DNA from: the human T2T-CHM13v2.0 reference genome, Homo sapiens | DNA: 64,000 bases | NCBI RefSeq assembly: GCF_009914755.1 | Contig: NC_060942.1 | Strand: one strand, 5' to 3' | Shown here: positions 38,120-54,184 of the stretch, one piece after another | Position numbering within the stretch: position 1 is the stretch's first letter | Layout: every line of letters starts with the position of its first letter | Program-made: the position numbers and the translations under genes | The notes under the pieces: model-generated | What the model was told of the DNA's origin: nothing | The model's database searches: none | The model's input: the letters and a program-made list of their open reading frames with translations, nothing else

Positions 38120-40041
38120 TGTTCTTAAAGATGAACCATGTTCATACTAATAGTCCTGTTTTTGTGGGTTCCATTTACAAACACTTACTGTGGTTGCATA
38201 TTCCCCACCAGGGCCCAGGACAATGGTGATTCCAAGGACGCCCCTGTTTTCCAGCAGACGGGTGGTTCAGGAACCAGAATATTCTTTGAGGAGAGCTTGA
38301 CATGACAGACTATAATGGCTCAAACTACTATTGAATAAATAACATGCACTTTATAACATCCCTAATTATACAATTGCACAATAGTCCATAACAGCTCCTT
38401 ACGGACTACGGAGTAAATACTAAGCATTTCTAGAAGTCCATAATTATGTAATTACTTGGTAGTCTATAATTAAGGACTATTGGATAAATATATAATTGAG
38501 CAGTTTTTAAAATCTATCATAAAGTACTTTAAAAAATGTGACTGCAATAAAAGAAGGAAAAAAGAGAAACTCAGTCTCAGAAAGCCATATTTGAATCTTT
38601 TATTTTTAATAGGTCTCACTAAATCTGAATCTAAGCAATTAATGCTGAAAAAATGTTTCCCATCTCCCTTCCTGTCTTTGTCTGTTTGTAGCAGTCCCTG
38701 TTTCCTGAGGCTTGAAAAACCCGAGGGCACCCTGGCCACACACTGTGGGAGCGCGGGAACAGGAGTGCGCTATCCAGCGCGCCACAATTTCTGGAGTCAG
38801 GTGAGAGAAGTGCATTGAGTTTGGGGTGGGTGGGGGGGTGGGGGGAGGACACCTCTGTCCTGCCCATTCCCCCAGCAGCCTTCCTGCCAGTTACCCAACA
38901 TTACAATGAGCAGCCACGTAGCTCGGGAATGAAGAGAAAGTGACCAGCGTTTTTCTAAGCTTTCGGCCAGAATTTGAAAAAAGCACCGGGAATGGAATGT
39001 CTAAGGTGAGGGTTTCTGAAAAGACGGACGCCTCCACGGCGTTTGCTGCCCACACTGCGAGCTCTGAATGAGGGAGGAAACTGAGATGTATATGCGAGAG
39101 GAAACACCAAACTTGTGAAATTCAACCACCTTCTGTGGCTTCTCTTTAAATCCCCCAATTTTCATCCCCATTGTGTGACCACCCACTCCGCTGGACCTGC
39201 CTGGAAGCTCCTCTCCAGCCTGGTCTTCCTTCCTGCCTGCCTTTCTGTGATTTTGCCTTGAACACTCAGACGGAGAGACACGAGGTGGCCGGCACCTGGT
39301 GGAGGAGGGGACCTGGGCATGGCTGTCCGCGCTGCTACTGGGGTCTGAGCCTGAAGCTCAATGCAGGGGATCCAGGGGGCCGGGACAGCCTGGGTCAGTG
39401 ACCAGCAGCTCGAGCGACACACGGGAATCACAGAGCAGTTACTTCAGGATGATTGCTGCTGGGTTTAGTTGTGCATATTTTAAACTCTTTGCTGAAAATC
39501 TCACACTCTTGGCTCCTGCTGACCTACCTGAAACTGCACTGGCTGTGACCCACTTCCTTAATTACTCCAATGTGCCCAGCTACACAAATAGCTTCTCAGC
39601 CAGACCCTGAGCACTCATCTTGCGTGCTCTGTGCCGCCGGCGTCCCCCATCGCAAATCACCCCAGGGGGCTTGAACTTAGGATTCTGTCATGGCCCCGAA
39701 TCCGCCGCAGCCGGAGGGGACGGAGTCGCCGTACTGGGCACCTCTCAGGAAGAGGGAGTCAGGTCACCTGGGTGGGCAGGTGACTCACAGCTGGGTCCTC
39801 AGTCAGCGGCTGTGTGGTCAGTCAGATGCCTGAGATACAATTTCTCCGTGTAAAAAGTTTAGGAAGAGCTTCTGGAACAGGACTGTAAAATCCAATCAAT
39901 AGTAGATAAGAAGAAGGGTTTGTAAAAGAAAAAAAGGAGCAACAGCAGATAAGCGTCCAGTTAGAGCATATGTGCTCTCCTCCCTTCCCGGATGCATGGG
40001 AACCACTGTGTTCCCAACACGGGCACCTGGGCTCTTACTCA

Positions 40042-40480
<439 letters not shown>

Positions 40481-41595
40481 GTGAGAAAGACAAGTGTATG
40501 AAAATCTGTTAATGATAAGAAGTATCCACTTTTTATGCTCTTAGGAGAAATTAAAGAGGAAGAAACTAACATTTGTGACAGGCAGAAAGCGCTCTGCCTG
40601 ACTGTGCTTGAGATAACTGGGGGGTGTGTCCTAGAAGAGCGGCTGCAGGTGTGTTAAGAAGTTTTTTTTTTTTTTTTGTAGTTCATACGTTCCCTCTTCC
40701 AGGTAGGAATCTGGAAGGCCTGATGAAGAGTATTATTTAGAAAATCCTTTGAATAATCTCATGAATCACTAAATATCTATTCAAGTATTTGTTCTACTCT
40801 CTTCCCGTCTTGTATTGATCTTTTTATTATATGACCAGGGAATCACTGTTCTCCATATACTGAAGAGTCCTGTAAGAAAAAGGACAGTGCCATCCCCAAG
40901 TCAGACATTTGTGTAAGTAAGTGTTCCCTCCAAAATCACAGTCAGGCAGAACATTAGACATGCTCTTGAAATCTCTGGTCTGAGGCTCCGTAAAGAAAGA
41001 GATCAACATTAATGACTCCACCCACAACCACTTTGTCATACCTGAAGAGCCCTTGGCTTTTTAAATTCTTTTTACAGGTGTCTTAGCTCAACAGATGCCG
41101 TATTAGGAACAAACATTATGGCTCCACTATCTAGATGAGGCTGCTGCGGCTGAAGGAGTTTCAGTGACCGTGCCAACCCACGCAGTGGCAGAGGTGAGAC
41201 CAGAACCCACAGGGTGACCTGCCAGAGGAGGATGTGTCTGAGAGGGAGTAGGTGTCATTAGTCATTTCACTGAAGTCAGAGGTAAAACTGGGATTGCTAG
41301 GCAAGGTGGGACATGGGGGTAACGTAAATGTCCAGGGGCTCCGGCCTTGAGACCAGAGTGCCCCGGGTAGCACAGGGACCTGCAGGAGCTGCCTCATGAC
41401 ACGTAACTCCAGGATCAAGCAGCTGGGCTGAGAGGGACATTTGGGGGAGTATCGGAGAATGGGGAAAAGTGTCCAGTGTCTAAAATCTTCCCACAGCTTT
41501 GACTTAACACCTCAGTGGCCAAGCCAAAGTCAAAAAAGAAAAGAGAGAGAGAGAAAGAAAAGATGCAGAGTGCAAACTTGAAAAGCCATTTGTTT

Positions 41596-42040
41596 CTAGA
41601 TGAATTTCCTGGGCTGCAGTAACAAGTTCCTACAAACAGGGTGGTAAAAACAACAGAAATGGGTTTTCTCCAGTTCTGGAAACCAGAGTCCAAGATCAAG
41701 CTGTTGGCAGCATTGGTTCCTCCCCAGGGCACTCGGGGGAGAACCGTTCCCTGCCTGTCTTCCAGCCTCTGGTCTCTGCCTGCAGGCGCTGGTGCTGCTC
41801 GGCTTGTAAACAGGTCATTCCCATCTCTCCCTCCGTCTTCACGTGGCCTTCTTCCTTCGGTGCCTCTGGGTCGCTGTGTCTAAACTATAAGGACATCAGT
41901 CACTGTATGAGGAACCACCCTAATCCATAGAACCTCATCATAACTTGGTTGCATCTGCAAAGACATTTTTTCAAGTAAGGCCACACTCACAGTTTGCAGG
42001 TGGGCATGTGTGCTTGGGAAACAACACCCAATGCATTACA
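41596..42040 (-). mobile_element. MLT1C-like MaLR LTR
   Basis: GGGCTGCAGTAACAAG...CAGTTCTGGAAACCAGAGTCCAAGATCAAG...CATCTGCAAAGACATTTTTTCAAGTAAGG. Confidence 0.85.
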
Positions 42041-43036
42041 GTTTCCCAAGAAACAAATTCTATGTGATCCACAGCAGATTCCGGACTAGTTGCCAAGTCT
42101 TCTGGGCTTGAGTCTAATTCAGGGTGAACTCAAGATTCTGATTTAATCCAGGATCATTTAAGAACCCTTTTGTAGCAAAAAAAAAAAAAAAAATTTAGAA
42201 AAAGATTAATTTCAATATCAGGGACAATAGTGGAATTTTCCTGACTAGGTAAATCTGAGACAATGGTGGGGTTTTCCTGACTAGGGTAAGGCTAAGGCCA
42301 AACCAACTCTTTAGAGCTTCCTCAGTGAATTTCCTCTTGGCTGCATCACCTAGAGCCTCCCAGAACAGAGCCCCATTTGGGGATAGACTTCAACTCCACA
42401 ACCTTTGGTGGGAATTCACTGTGTGACAAGGACCATGGTGCACTGCAAAACCAACTGGCTCTGTTGATGTGATGGTGACTGGTGGACGACAATACTATGA
42501 CTTATAATTGACTCAAGGCAAAACATGTTAAGCCTTCTAACTTCCAGCAGTCTTCTGTCTGCTAGCCATTTTTAAACCAATGCTATTTTGATCCAGGAAA
42601 AACAAACGTTGTAATTATTCAAAGGATGGATATAAGCCCTTCAACTTGGGGATTGGTTGCTAGTGAAGTTGTTAGGGAATCCATCTAGACCATCCATAGC
42701 CTGCTCCCCATCTACAGTGAGTGCTACCTCTAGAGGCGTCCCTGGGTGAGACCTTCCCTTCAGCGCCAGTTGTGTCGTTCGTGGTCCCCTGAACACCCCA
42801 ATGCCAGGGATACTCCCAATTTACTTTATTACTCATTCATTCAACCCACAGATATTATCATTTCTGTGATCAAATGCATTGTATACATATTGCAAAATTT
42901 ATGCTCAAAATTAATTTCTGGAGTTTTCCAAGCCCAACTCAGTTTAAAATTACCTCTCAGTTCTCTGAGAAATAATTAAGTGCAGCAAATTCTGTTCATA
43001 CGGGAGAATTATTCTGGATTTAACAGGTAAATTTTA

Positions 43037-43403
<367 letters not shown>

Positions 43404-43459
43404 TCATCAGGTAGAATGACAGAGAAAGCTATTGATCTCTGAACTACTCTAGAAGATAC

Positions 43460-43990
43460 AGAAGATCCTTCACAGGTTTCTGCAAGCACCCACTTCATTG
43501 TCCCACCCAACTCCTTCTCTCCTGGCTTCCCCAACCCTTGGCAGCTGCTAATCCACTCCCATCTCTAAAGACTTGTAATTTTGAGGACGTTATACAAATA
43601 AAATTGTACAGCATGTTCTCTTTTGTGACTGGCTTTTTTCACTCAGTATAATGCCCTTGAGATCTGCCCAAGTTGCTGTAGGTATCCATAGTCCATTCAT
43701 GTGGATTGTTGCGCACAATTTCATGGTATGGGTGTGTCACAATTTGTTAATTATTGACATTCGACTGCAGAAGGACACCTGGGTTGTTTCCAGCTTAGGC
43801 TTGTTATGCATAAGTCTTCTCTGAACAGTCATATATAGGTTTCTGTGTGAACACGTTTCCACTACTCTGGGATAGAAGCCCAGGACTGCAGAGCTGGGTC
43901 ATATAGTGAGTGGCTCTATGTTTAGTTTTTTAAGAAACTTCCAATCTATTTTCTAGAGTGTGTGCAACATTTTGTATTCCCATCATCATG
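43460..43990 (-). mobile_element. L1MC/MD-type 3' region
   Basis: GACTGGCTTTTTTCACTCAGTATAATGCCCTTGAGAT...GGGTTGTTTCCAG...GCTGGGTCATATAGT. Confidence 0.8.
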
Positions 43991-45939
43991 AAAACCAACT
44001 CCTGCTTGCTTCTCTGAATGCTTTTTAACACTTCCACAATTATTAGGTTGCTTCCGCCGTATTTATGCTGAGCTGTGTATATCTATTTCAACCAGCTAAA
44101 CCCATAGAAAACTTACAATCCATTTTAATTGAGAAGGACAGTTTCTAAATGTGAAGAAAACACATATCTGGATATGTTTTTGTGAATAGCACACTTCAAA
44201 AATTTATATTTTTGAATATGAAAGAATATTTTTATTATGAAAGAAGGCTATATTAGTAATGTACACTGAAAGCCTTTTTATCTTTCAAAATTGTGACTTG
44301 TTTGTAGGTAAAAATGACATGAATTACAATGGGTGACTAAAATATAAAATTAAAAATTCTTAATTTAAAACAAATGCATGTGTATTATTCTTTCAACCTT
44401 AGTTGTAGAGCTAATTTTTTTTTCTATTTTTAAGTATGGGATCAGTATGTTTATTTGCATAAATAACCCCATAGGGCATCATCTACAGTTCAGAAGTTGA
44501 GTTTACTTATGGTGGAATTAAAATATGAAGATGCTGGCAGAGCAATCACAGAGCAGGTTCTTCTAGGTTTTAATGCAAATTTGTAAGTCTTTTACAATTT
44601 TTAGCACACTCAATACTTTTTTAGTGAACCAATTAAAAATGCTCAGTTATCAAGTGTTTATAGAAGAATAAACTATGTTTTTGTAGATATAAAACACTTT
44701 TTTTACTCCTTTTTAAAGGTTTATATAATATTATTTCAATAAAACTTTCACTATTAAATCATGTAAATAACCGGCATAATGAATATTGGGGCTGAAAATA
44801 CTAAATGCCACCCAGTCAGTCTGAAACCCCAGTGGTGGGGTCAAGTGTGCCTGGGAGTTGGGGTGGGCCCATGGCTGCTGATGCCAGCCTGCGTTTTGCG
44901 TGTCCAGACTAAAGTTTAGAGAAGGACTGGAGCATATTGGCTAATCGTGTAAGGCAGTTAAATGGAGATGCACGAAGGAGTTCATCTATCATGTGCTTTG
45001 AAAACAACAAAACATGATTCCACTGATACCTTTAAATATTTAAAAATCGCACAAAACACTTAGCTTTGCATAATTACAATAAAGGAAGTTAATCTTATTA
45101 ACTATCTTTTCTTTCTTAATGTAAAACCATTCTCCAATATCTGTGATTTGCCAATAATTTTCTGAAGACAATGATTAAATTTTTATAAGGAGATAAAAAC
45201 GTGTGAGGTATGTATGTGTGCGTGTGCAATTATGTTTCATACTTGATTCTATTTCTTTAGTATGTGAAGAAGATGATTTAGTCAATATTTACATGCTTTT
45301 CAGCAATACAGTAGAACTTCAATTAATTTTTTAAATATAAATTTAAATAATTAAGTTCATTTTAAAATGTAAGTTACAACATTTTTAAAAGAGGTGATGG
45401 TTTGTTCTCTGTTGGCTTTGTAACAAAGTGCAATCTAGTGTGGTTTCCAGCCTTGCTCTTGCTCGCAATGCCCCGTCCCCCTGCTGCCCGGGGTGCCTCT
45501 CTCAGCGCTCTCTCCTCTTGGTTCTTCTCAGCATCAAGAGCTCAGAGTTCAAATGTTAAATAACTGTATTACCACACTGCCACCACTCAACAGAAGCACC
45601 AGCATCCCAACAGGCATTCCCATTCAAAGAGCTTAGATCCAATTTCTTTTTCATTCCAATAAAACCGTTCTGTGTGTTATTTGGAGGCTCAGATCTGCCT
45701 CATGCTGCTTTTCCTCTTCCTCCGTTTTTGATCGCAGTGGCTGGGCCGTCGTTCATGCTGAATGTACAGGGAACTGTCATTTGCTAGCCGAGTCGCTCCT
45801 CATTGTCTCCCAGGACCGCGTAGATGATTTTATTCTTTACCACCTGTTTTCAAAGCAGCCAGGTACTTCAATGAAGACGTCCCATCAAAAATCATTTAAA
45901 CAGAGAAAATATAGCTGGGTAATTGGCTACTTATTTATC

Positions 45940-46290
45940 TATATATATTTCTGTTCCTGTGTTCTTTTCTCATTCATCAAAGGATTTTAAGCAACATACA
46001 AAAATGTGAAAATCATAGGAATGTGAAAATGAGTGAGAAATTGAAAAGGAAGAGAAAAAACGTTAGGGAAGTTAAATGAAACCAAGGAAAAGATCAGTAC
46101 CCAATACAAATTCCCTAAGATCCAGATCCAAATCCAATTTCATAATGCTTTTACTCTAAATGCCCTAGCAAAGTAAAGAACAAAATACGATAGTTAGGAC
46201 ATTACCAATATCCAAATGACAAAGACACATCCGTTGCTCTAGGGAAGGAAGTGTTCATGATGCTGAGACTAGAGAGAACCTTCCTCATGT
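45940..46290 (-). mobile_element. L4 (RTE-X) LINE 3' fragment, tentative
   Basis: AAAGGATTTTAAGCAACATACAAAAA...GTTGCTCTAGGGAAG...TGCTGAGACTAGAGAGAA resembles the recalled L4 consensus. Confidence 0.45.
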
Positions 46291-47282
46291 ATTCATTTAA
46301 TATGTCCAGCTCTCTTCCGCTAATACAATAGTGTATTTGTTAAGGCTTATTTTTAAAAGCATCTCCTAAAATCTTATATGAAACCAGAAATATGGGGATC
46401 ATTGGGCCTTTTAAAGGTCTCTTGAACATTTTTAAATATAAATAAATTCTGGCTTTAAAAAATAAAATAAGATAAAAGTTTAAAAAAATCTCCTAAAACA
46501 AACAAAAAACTATATTCCAACAACAACAAAATAAGAGGAGTTCCGTAAAGACAAAATATTTTATAAAGTGTCAAATGCATGCAGTCTAGGCACGTGACTT
46601 TTGGCCATCTTGGATTGTTCTAAGAGGAAAATTGAGGATAATTTTCAGGAAATCAACAAAAATAATATTTTTTTCACCATCGATAAACAGCATTCTGCAT
46701 TTTCTCAGTACAAAGGGGATAATATATGCTCAGAAAACAATCTAGGATCCTCTCCAAAAACAAGCAAATGAGAAATAAGAGGTTCCTATTTCTATATTTA
46801 GATGAAGACCTCAATAAGTTCAGTTCAGGAAAATATTAAGAAGATGCAGGTAATGTGTTTCCTTGACTTCAATATGCACATAGTCTCAGATTTTGAATAG
46901 TCTATAAGCAGGGGAAAACTTCATAGTGTCAGAAGAAACTTGTCTGCTTCTAGGCAAGGAAGTCAGTATGAAATAGTTTATAGTGTTCATTGCTCTTTGT
47001 AGCCTGGGGCCGACACTGTCTGTTCATCTGATTTTCACCCCATTTGTGTTATTTTCATTGGAAACACTACATGTGATTGAATTCTAAATCAGGTTTGAAT
47101 CGCTAATTGTTGCTTAAAATGGCTTCAGAAATACTTCACGATGATGCATCCGTTAATAAAAAGACAGTGTGTATGAAGCAAACTGTTATTGTGAACGGGC
47201 AATGGTGAGAGAATTCTCTTAGGCATAATGTCTTTGGCTTCTTCTTTAGAAATGTATCATTGGACTGCAAAATACAGTCATC

Positions 47283-47397
47283 ACTAGACTATTTGACTCC
47301 ATCAAAGTAGAAACTGTGTCTGTTTTTATTCATTATTATAGCCTCAGAATTTTTAAATGTGCCAGACTCATAGGGGATGCCTAGGAATATATAGTTT
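47283..47397 (+). mobile_element. L2 3' end
   Basis: CTAGACTATTTGACTCCATCAAAGTAGAAACTGTGTCTGTTTTTATTCATT. Confidence 0.65.
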
Positions 47398-47829
47398 TTA
47401 TTTCCTGTAACAATTCAATCAAACACGTGCATTTTTTTGTTCCAAGTGTAGTATATAATTTCTATTCCCTCCTCCTGCTTTGATTTTTTTTTCAAACACC
47501 TGGGGTGTAGGTTTCAGTTAAAATGGAGGACAATACGTGTCTACCCACAGGCCCACATAAACAGAGAGAGGATCAGTGATCTACTATTAACATTAGATCT
47601 CATTGCTACATTGTGTTGAAGAGCTGTTCTCCAGGGTTTGACACATAATGTTCATCTCGAGAGATAGTAATATCTCGCTAATCTAGTTCCTAATGCAGGA
47701 ACGGTTTTCATAGATAATTATGTCTACCTCAGTATTAAACTTATTATCCCAAAATTATGTCCCAGTATTGGACTTCCAATCTTATGCTAGGCTCCTTTAG
47801 CCTTTAGTCTTGCTTAAAAATTTTTATAG

Positions 47830-49540
47830 TTACAACATTCTATTTTGAGCTGATGACAACTGAACTTCAATTGCACACAAAAACTCTACACTCTTCCTCC
47901 CACCCACACACATACTATTTCTTTGATGTCAGAGTTTACTTATTTTTATGTTGTGTATTCATTAGCCAATTTTTGAAGTTAAACTGATTTTTAATAATTT
48001 TGTCTTTTAATTTTATGCTGTGGTTAAAAGTGATTGACACACTATTATAGCATTCCATTTTTCTATATTTGTCTATGTATTTACCTCTACCAATGAGCTT
48101 TACACTTTCTGCTTTCATGTTGCTGTTGAGCATTCTTTTGCTTCAAAGTGATGATGCCCTTTAGAACCTCTTATAAGGTAGTTCTAGTCATAACAACATT
48201 CTTCAGTCTTTGTCTGGGAAAGTCTTTATCTCTCCTTCATTTGTAAAGGACAGTTTTTCCAGAGGTAGTATTCTTGGTTCGTAGTTTCTCTTTTAGCTCT
48301 CTGAATACTTTATCCCATTTTTTTTCTGGCCTGCTAGGTTTCTGCAGGAAATGCACTGATACTGCAATTAAGGCCCCTTTCTATGTGACAAGTCCCTTTT
48401 CTCTTGCTGATTTCAAAATGCTCTTTTATTTGACTTTGGATAATTTAGTTGTAACATGTCTTTGTATAACTCTCTTTAGATTCAATTTATTTGGGGTCTT
48501 TAAGGGTTTATAAATTTGGATGTCTATTTCCCTCCTCAGGTTTGAGAAGTTTTCGGTCGTTATTTCTTTACATAAGCTTTCCTTTCTTTTCTCTCTCTCT
48601 TCTCTTTCTAAAACTTATATTGTTTTCCTTGATAGTGTTCTGTAAGTTCTGTAAGTTTTCTTCATTCTTTTTATTCTTTCTTTCTTTTATTCCTCTGGCT
48701 GAGTAATTTCAACTAACTTGTCTTTGGGTTTGCTGATTATTTCTTCTGCTTGATCAAGTCTGCTATTGAAGCTCTCTTTTGAACTTTTTAGTTCAGACTT
48801 TGTGTTTCTCAGTTCCAGAATTTTTGGTTTGTTGTTTTTATAATTTATATCTCTTTGAAGAATTTTTAAAATTTTAAAAATTTTATTCATGTATTGTTTT
48901 TCTTATTGTATTTTATCTGCAATATCTTATATTCATTGAGATTCTTTAAGATGATTATTTTGGATTCTTCATCAGGTAGTTCATAGATTTCAATTTCTTT
49001 AGTATCAGTTACTGGAGTGCTATTTGGTTCATTTGATGGTGCCATGTTTCCTGGATTGTTTGTGATCTTTGGAGCCTTGTATTGGTGTCTGTGAATTTGA
49101 AGAAGTAGACACCTCTTTTAGTTTTTACAAACTGGCCCTGCCAGGGAAAGCCCTTCACTAGTCACTTAGTCTAGAGATTCGGGGTGGGCCAAGTGGTGGG
49201 ACCTTTGGCAGAGCCTGCTGCTAAAATGTATGAGTGGGCAGGCCCAGCCCTTGGGTCTGCAGTGAGTCTGGATGCTCATTTACTCTTTCTTTTCACCATG
49301 GAAAAATTTTCATGCCAAAGGAATTACTCTCAGAGCTACACTAAGCAGTCTTGGGAGAGGAATGATGTGAGTAAAGTGAAACTGTTTTTATGCTCCTAAT
49401 GCATTTTTTTTTTCCTATTTCTGAACTCCACCCAGGAACTATAAACTTCCAACTGGATTCCAGAATTCCTATGAAGAAGTTCTCATCCATACTTTGTTTT
49501 TAAATTGGTGTTTCTGTAGAGGGGATGAGGACAAGAACCT
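47830..49540 (-). mobile_element. Old L1M 5' UTR/ORF1 region
   Basis: Minus-strand ORF ILELRNTKSELKSSKESFNSRLDQAEEIISK resembles the L1 ORF1 coiled coil. Confidence 0.85.
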
Positions 49541-49541
49541 C

Positions 49542-49933
49542 TTTTTTTTTTAATTATTATTATTATACTTTAAGCTTTAGGGTACATGTGCACAATGTGT
49601 AGGTTTGTTACATATGTATACATGTGCCATGTTGGTGTGCTGCACCCATTAACTCGTCATTTAGCATTAGGTATACCTCCTAATGCTATCCCTCCCCTCT
49701 CCCCCAACCCCACAACAGTCCCCAGCGTGTGATGTTCTGCTTCCTGTGTCCATATGTTCTCATTGTTCAATTCCCACCTATGAGTGAGAACATGCAGTGT
49801 TTGGTTTTTTTGTCTTTGCGATAGTTTGCTGAGAATGATGGTTTCCAGCTTCATCCATGTCCCCACAAAGGACATGAACTCATCATTTTTTCTGGCTGCA
49901 TAGTATTCCATGATGTATATGTGCCACATTTTC
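49542..49933 (-). mobile_element. L1PA4-like 5'-truncated insertion
   Basis: TATTATACTTTAAGCTTTAGGGTACATGTGCACAA...GTGCCACATTTTCT; ORF2 C-terminus MWHIYIMEYYAARKNDEFMSF. Confidence 0.93.
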
Positions 49934-51335
49934 TCTTATTTAATCACACTGCTGACATTGCTCTCCTCACAATTTTCAAAGACCAGAGTTTTGTTTTTTT
50001 TTAACAAAAACTATTAAAATAACAAACATTGAACAAAACTAATTAGGAAAAACAAAATGGTAAAAATAAATAAGAAATATCAGAAACATAAAAGAAACAA
50101 TACCCTAAATTAATCATTAAAACAATGAGAGAATATTTGAACAAATTTTATGTCAATACATTTAACAATTTAAATAAAGTTGACATATAAACAAATCCAA
50201 TTTATCAAAACAGACATGAGATAAAAATAGAAAATTTTCAGAGTTTTAGACCAATCAAATAAATAGTTTGTAATTTAAGACTGTCTCACAGAATCTCTAG
50301 CTCCAAATAGCTTCACTGTAAATTCTTATAAATATTTAGAAACATTTAATACCAATCTTACAAAATTCACTTCAGAGTATACAAATGTAAAAAATACTTT
50401 ACAATTTGTTTTATGAAGCCAATACAAACTTGAAACCAAAATTGAATAAAGGGAAATTACAAGCCAAACTCTCTGTGAGCATAGACCCAATATCCTAAAC
50501 AAAATATTAGCAAATCTACCTTATCAATAAATACAGAGTTTAATATATCATAATCAAGAGTTATATTTCATGAACACAAAGTTGGTTTAACATTGAAAAT
50601 TCAGTCTATGTAATTTGCCACTTCAATGGAATAAAGGAAAACAAAAACACATGATCTCAGAATTATGAGAAAAATATTTCATAAAACTCAATACTGATTC
50701 ATGGTAAATTCTCAGAAAACTAGAGTGTAGAAGGAAACTTTAAAAATCTTATTAAAAATATTGCCTACAGCTAAGAATGTGCTTAATAATTTTTTCCTTG
50801 AGTTTGGGACAAGACAAAAATGTCTGCCATCAACCTGTGCAATCTTGTATAAGAGGACCTATTCTGTACAATAGGCATGAAAAAAGGATAGAAGGCATAA
50901 TATTGGAAGAGACAGAAAAAAATCTATCAATTTCAGGCATAATTTTGTAAACAGAAAATATACAAATTACATATTGTACTTAATAATTTAAATTAAAGAG
51001 TTAACTGGATATAATTTTTATGTAAAATAGTTGAAATTTTATATAATGGAAACAAAACATTATATCCCAGAAATGGAAATTTCAAAAATACTTTTAAATA
51101 ACATTAAAAATAAGTCAGTTATCTACAAACTATTTAACAAAAGAAGTCAAATACCTCTATACTAAAAACTGCAAAACATTGCTGAAAGAAATTAAATATC
51201 AGTGAAACAAATGGAGGTACATACTGTAACTTGGAAAATTCCACAGTGTTAAAGTGTTCATTTTCCTCAGAATGAGTCATCAATTTAATGTAATCTCACT
51301 AAAATCCTAGCATTTGTTTGATAATTGATAAGCTA

Positions 51336-51704
<369 letters not shown>

Positions 51705-51951
51705 TTAGAAAATATCATACTGGGGAAGAACAATGAAGTCAGAGGACTTATATTACCAAATATTAATATATAATAAAATTACAGTAATTAAAACAGTGTG
51801 GTATTGACATAATTACGGAAAAGTAGACCAGAGTTACAAACTATAAATTCCGGAAAGTAACTTACACATTTATAGTAGTCTAATTTATAACAAAGGTATT
51901 GGAGCAATTAGTAGAAAAGAGTACTCTTTTTAGTAAATGGTGCTAGGTCAA

Positions 51952-52629
<678 letters not shown>

Positions 52630-53738
52630 GTCAATTAGTTAGCTATCTATGTGAAAAAAACAAACCTTGACACCAACCTCATACCTATGTAAAACTTAAA
52701 CCAAAAAAACATGATAAAACTAAAAGCAAATTTTAATCTATAAGTCTTCTAGAAGAAAACAGAAAAATATCTTCTCAACCCTGGGATGGGCAGAAATCAC
52801 TTTATGACCGTATTTTAGACTTCATTACATTTTAAAATTTATGCATATTAAATTACACTATTTTGACAGTAAAATGGCAAGCTATACTCTAGAATATGTG
52901 TATGATGCTGTTATCTGGCAAAGGCCTTATTTCAGAATATGTAAAAAAAAAAAGAACTCCTTCAAATTAAAAAAAAGGACAGATAACTTGCTTTTGAAAA
53001 CAGTCAAAAAACTTGAGTAGTCAGTCTACAATAGGAGCTACCTAAATTAATAATTAGTGTATCATTACTCATTAGGGCACTTGCTCCCATGGTGAGCTAT
53101 CACTCTAGTACCACTGGAATAGCTAAAATTAAATAGACTGGTGATATAGTGCTGGCAGGCACACAGAATGGAACGCTCATATGGTACTGGTGAAACTTTA
53201 AGCTAGCACAGCTACTTTGGAAAGCTTTTGAATAATATCTACTAAATCTAAACGTATGTTTACTCCATGATCAAGTACTTCCTTAACTGGGCCAACCTGA
53301 ACCGAATTAGATACTATATTCACCAAAAATCATGTACTCAAATGTTTATAGAAGCTTTGTTAATAATATTGCAACAGCACAGACAATTCAAATGCACGTT
53401 GACAATAATAGGGCTAAATAAATTGTAGTATAAGTGTACACTGAGTATATCACAACAGTAATAAAAAACCAAAACAATAGATATAATTTAACATAGAAGA
53501 AGCCAGACATAAAAGTGTACACTCTGAATAATTCCATTTACATGATTTTCAGGGACTAGTAAAACAAATTTATGGCAACAGGGGCCATCATGGAAATCGG
53601 CCCACCCACATATGGCCCCTGTTACCATAGATTACACATGTGTGTAAACAGGGGCCATATGTGGGTGGGTATTAACCATGAGAAGGCAAGATGAAGCTTT
53701 TTGGGTGGTTAAAATGGTCTCTGCCTTGACTGAGGTAG

Positions 53739-54184
53739 TGTTGGAATAAAATATTTTGTGGATTTTTCATGTTCCTGCACATCTTCCTTACAGAGGAATG
53801 CCGCTCTTTGTTCTAGACTAGAGTTACAAGGATGTTTATGGAGTGAACAGGTTCTAAAACCAAAGATAATATCTCCCTCTGGAACAAACAGTAGGTATGC
53901 TTACTGTTCATTATGAAAGTTTCAGATCTGCTAAGATCAGAATTTCTCTCAACACAGCCCAGGTGTGTGCAGGTATCACCTGGCCCCTTCACATTGCCCA
54001 GGAAGAATTGGGGCTCAGCAGATCACATGCATGCAGATGCCCTGGATGGTGCTATCGCTGTGGGTAATAAAGTGTCCTTCATCTCTGACCCCAGAACGTT
54101 CTGCCAGTGTTCCTGGAACGGAGGCAGGCAAATCTGTGAGTCTGCACATGGGGTGGCATCCCAAACTCTCTGCAGTTCTCCACA
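53739..54184 (+). mobile_element. LTR40-like ERVL solo LTR
   Basis: TGTTGG...CTTTGTTCTAGACTA...CAAGGATGTTT...TAATAAAGTGTCCTTCATCTCTGACCC...GTTCTCCACA; homologous to 26510-26977. Confidence 0.75.

Noticed and set aside
39630-39740. Possible CpG-island promoter
   Set aside because: Only about 100 bp; this and similar patches at 12240 and 16400 are too short for an island
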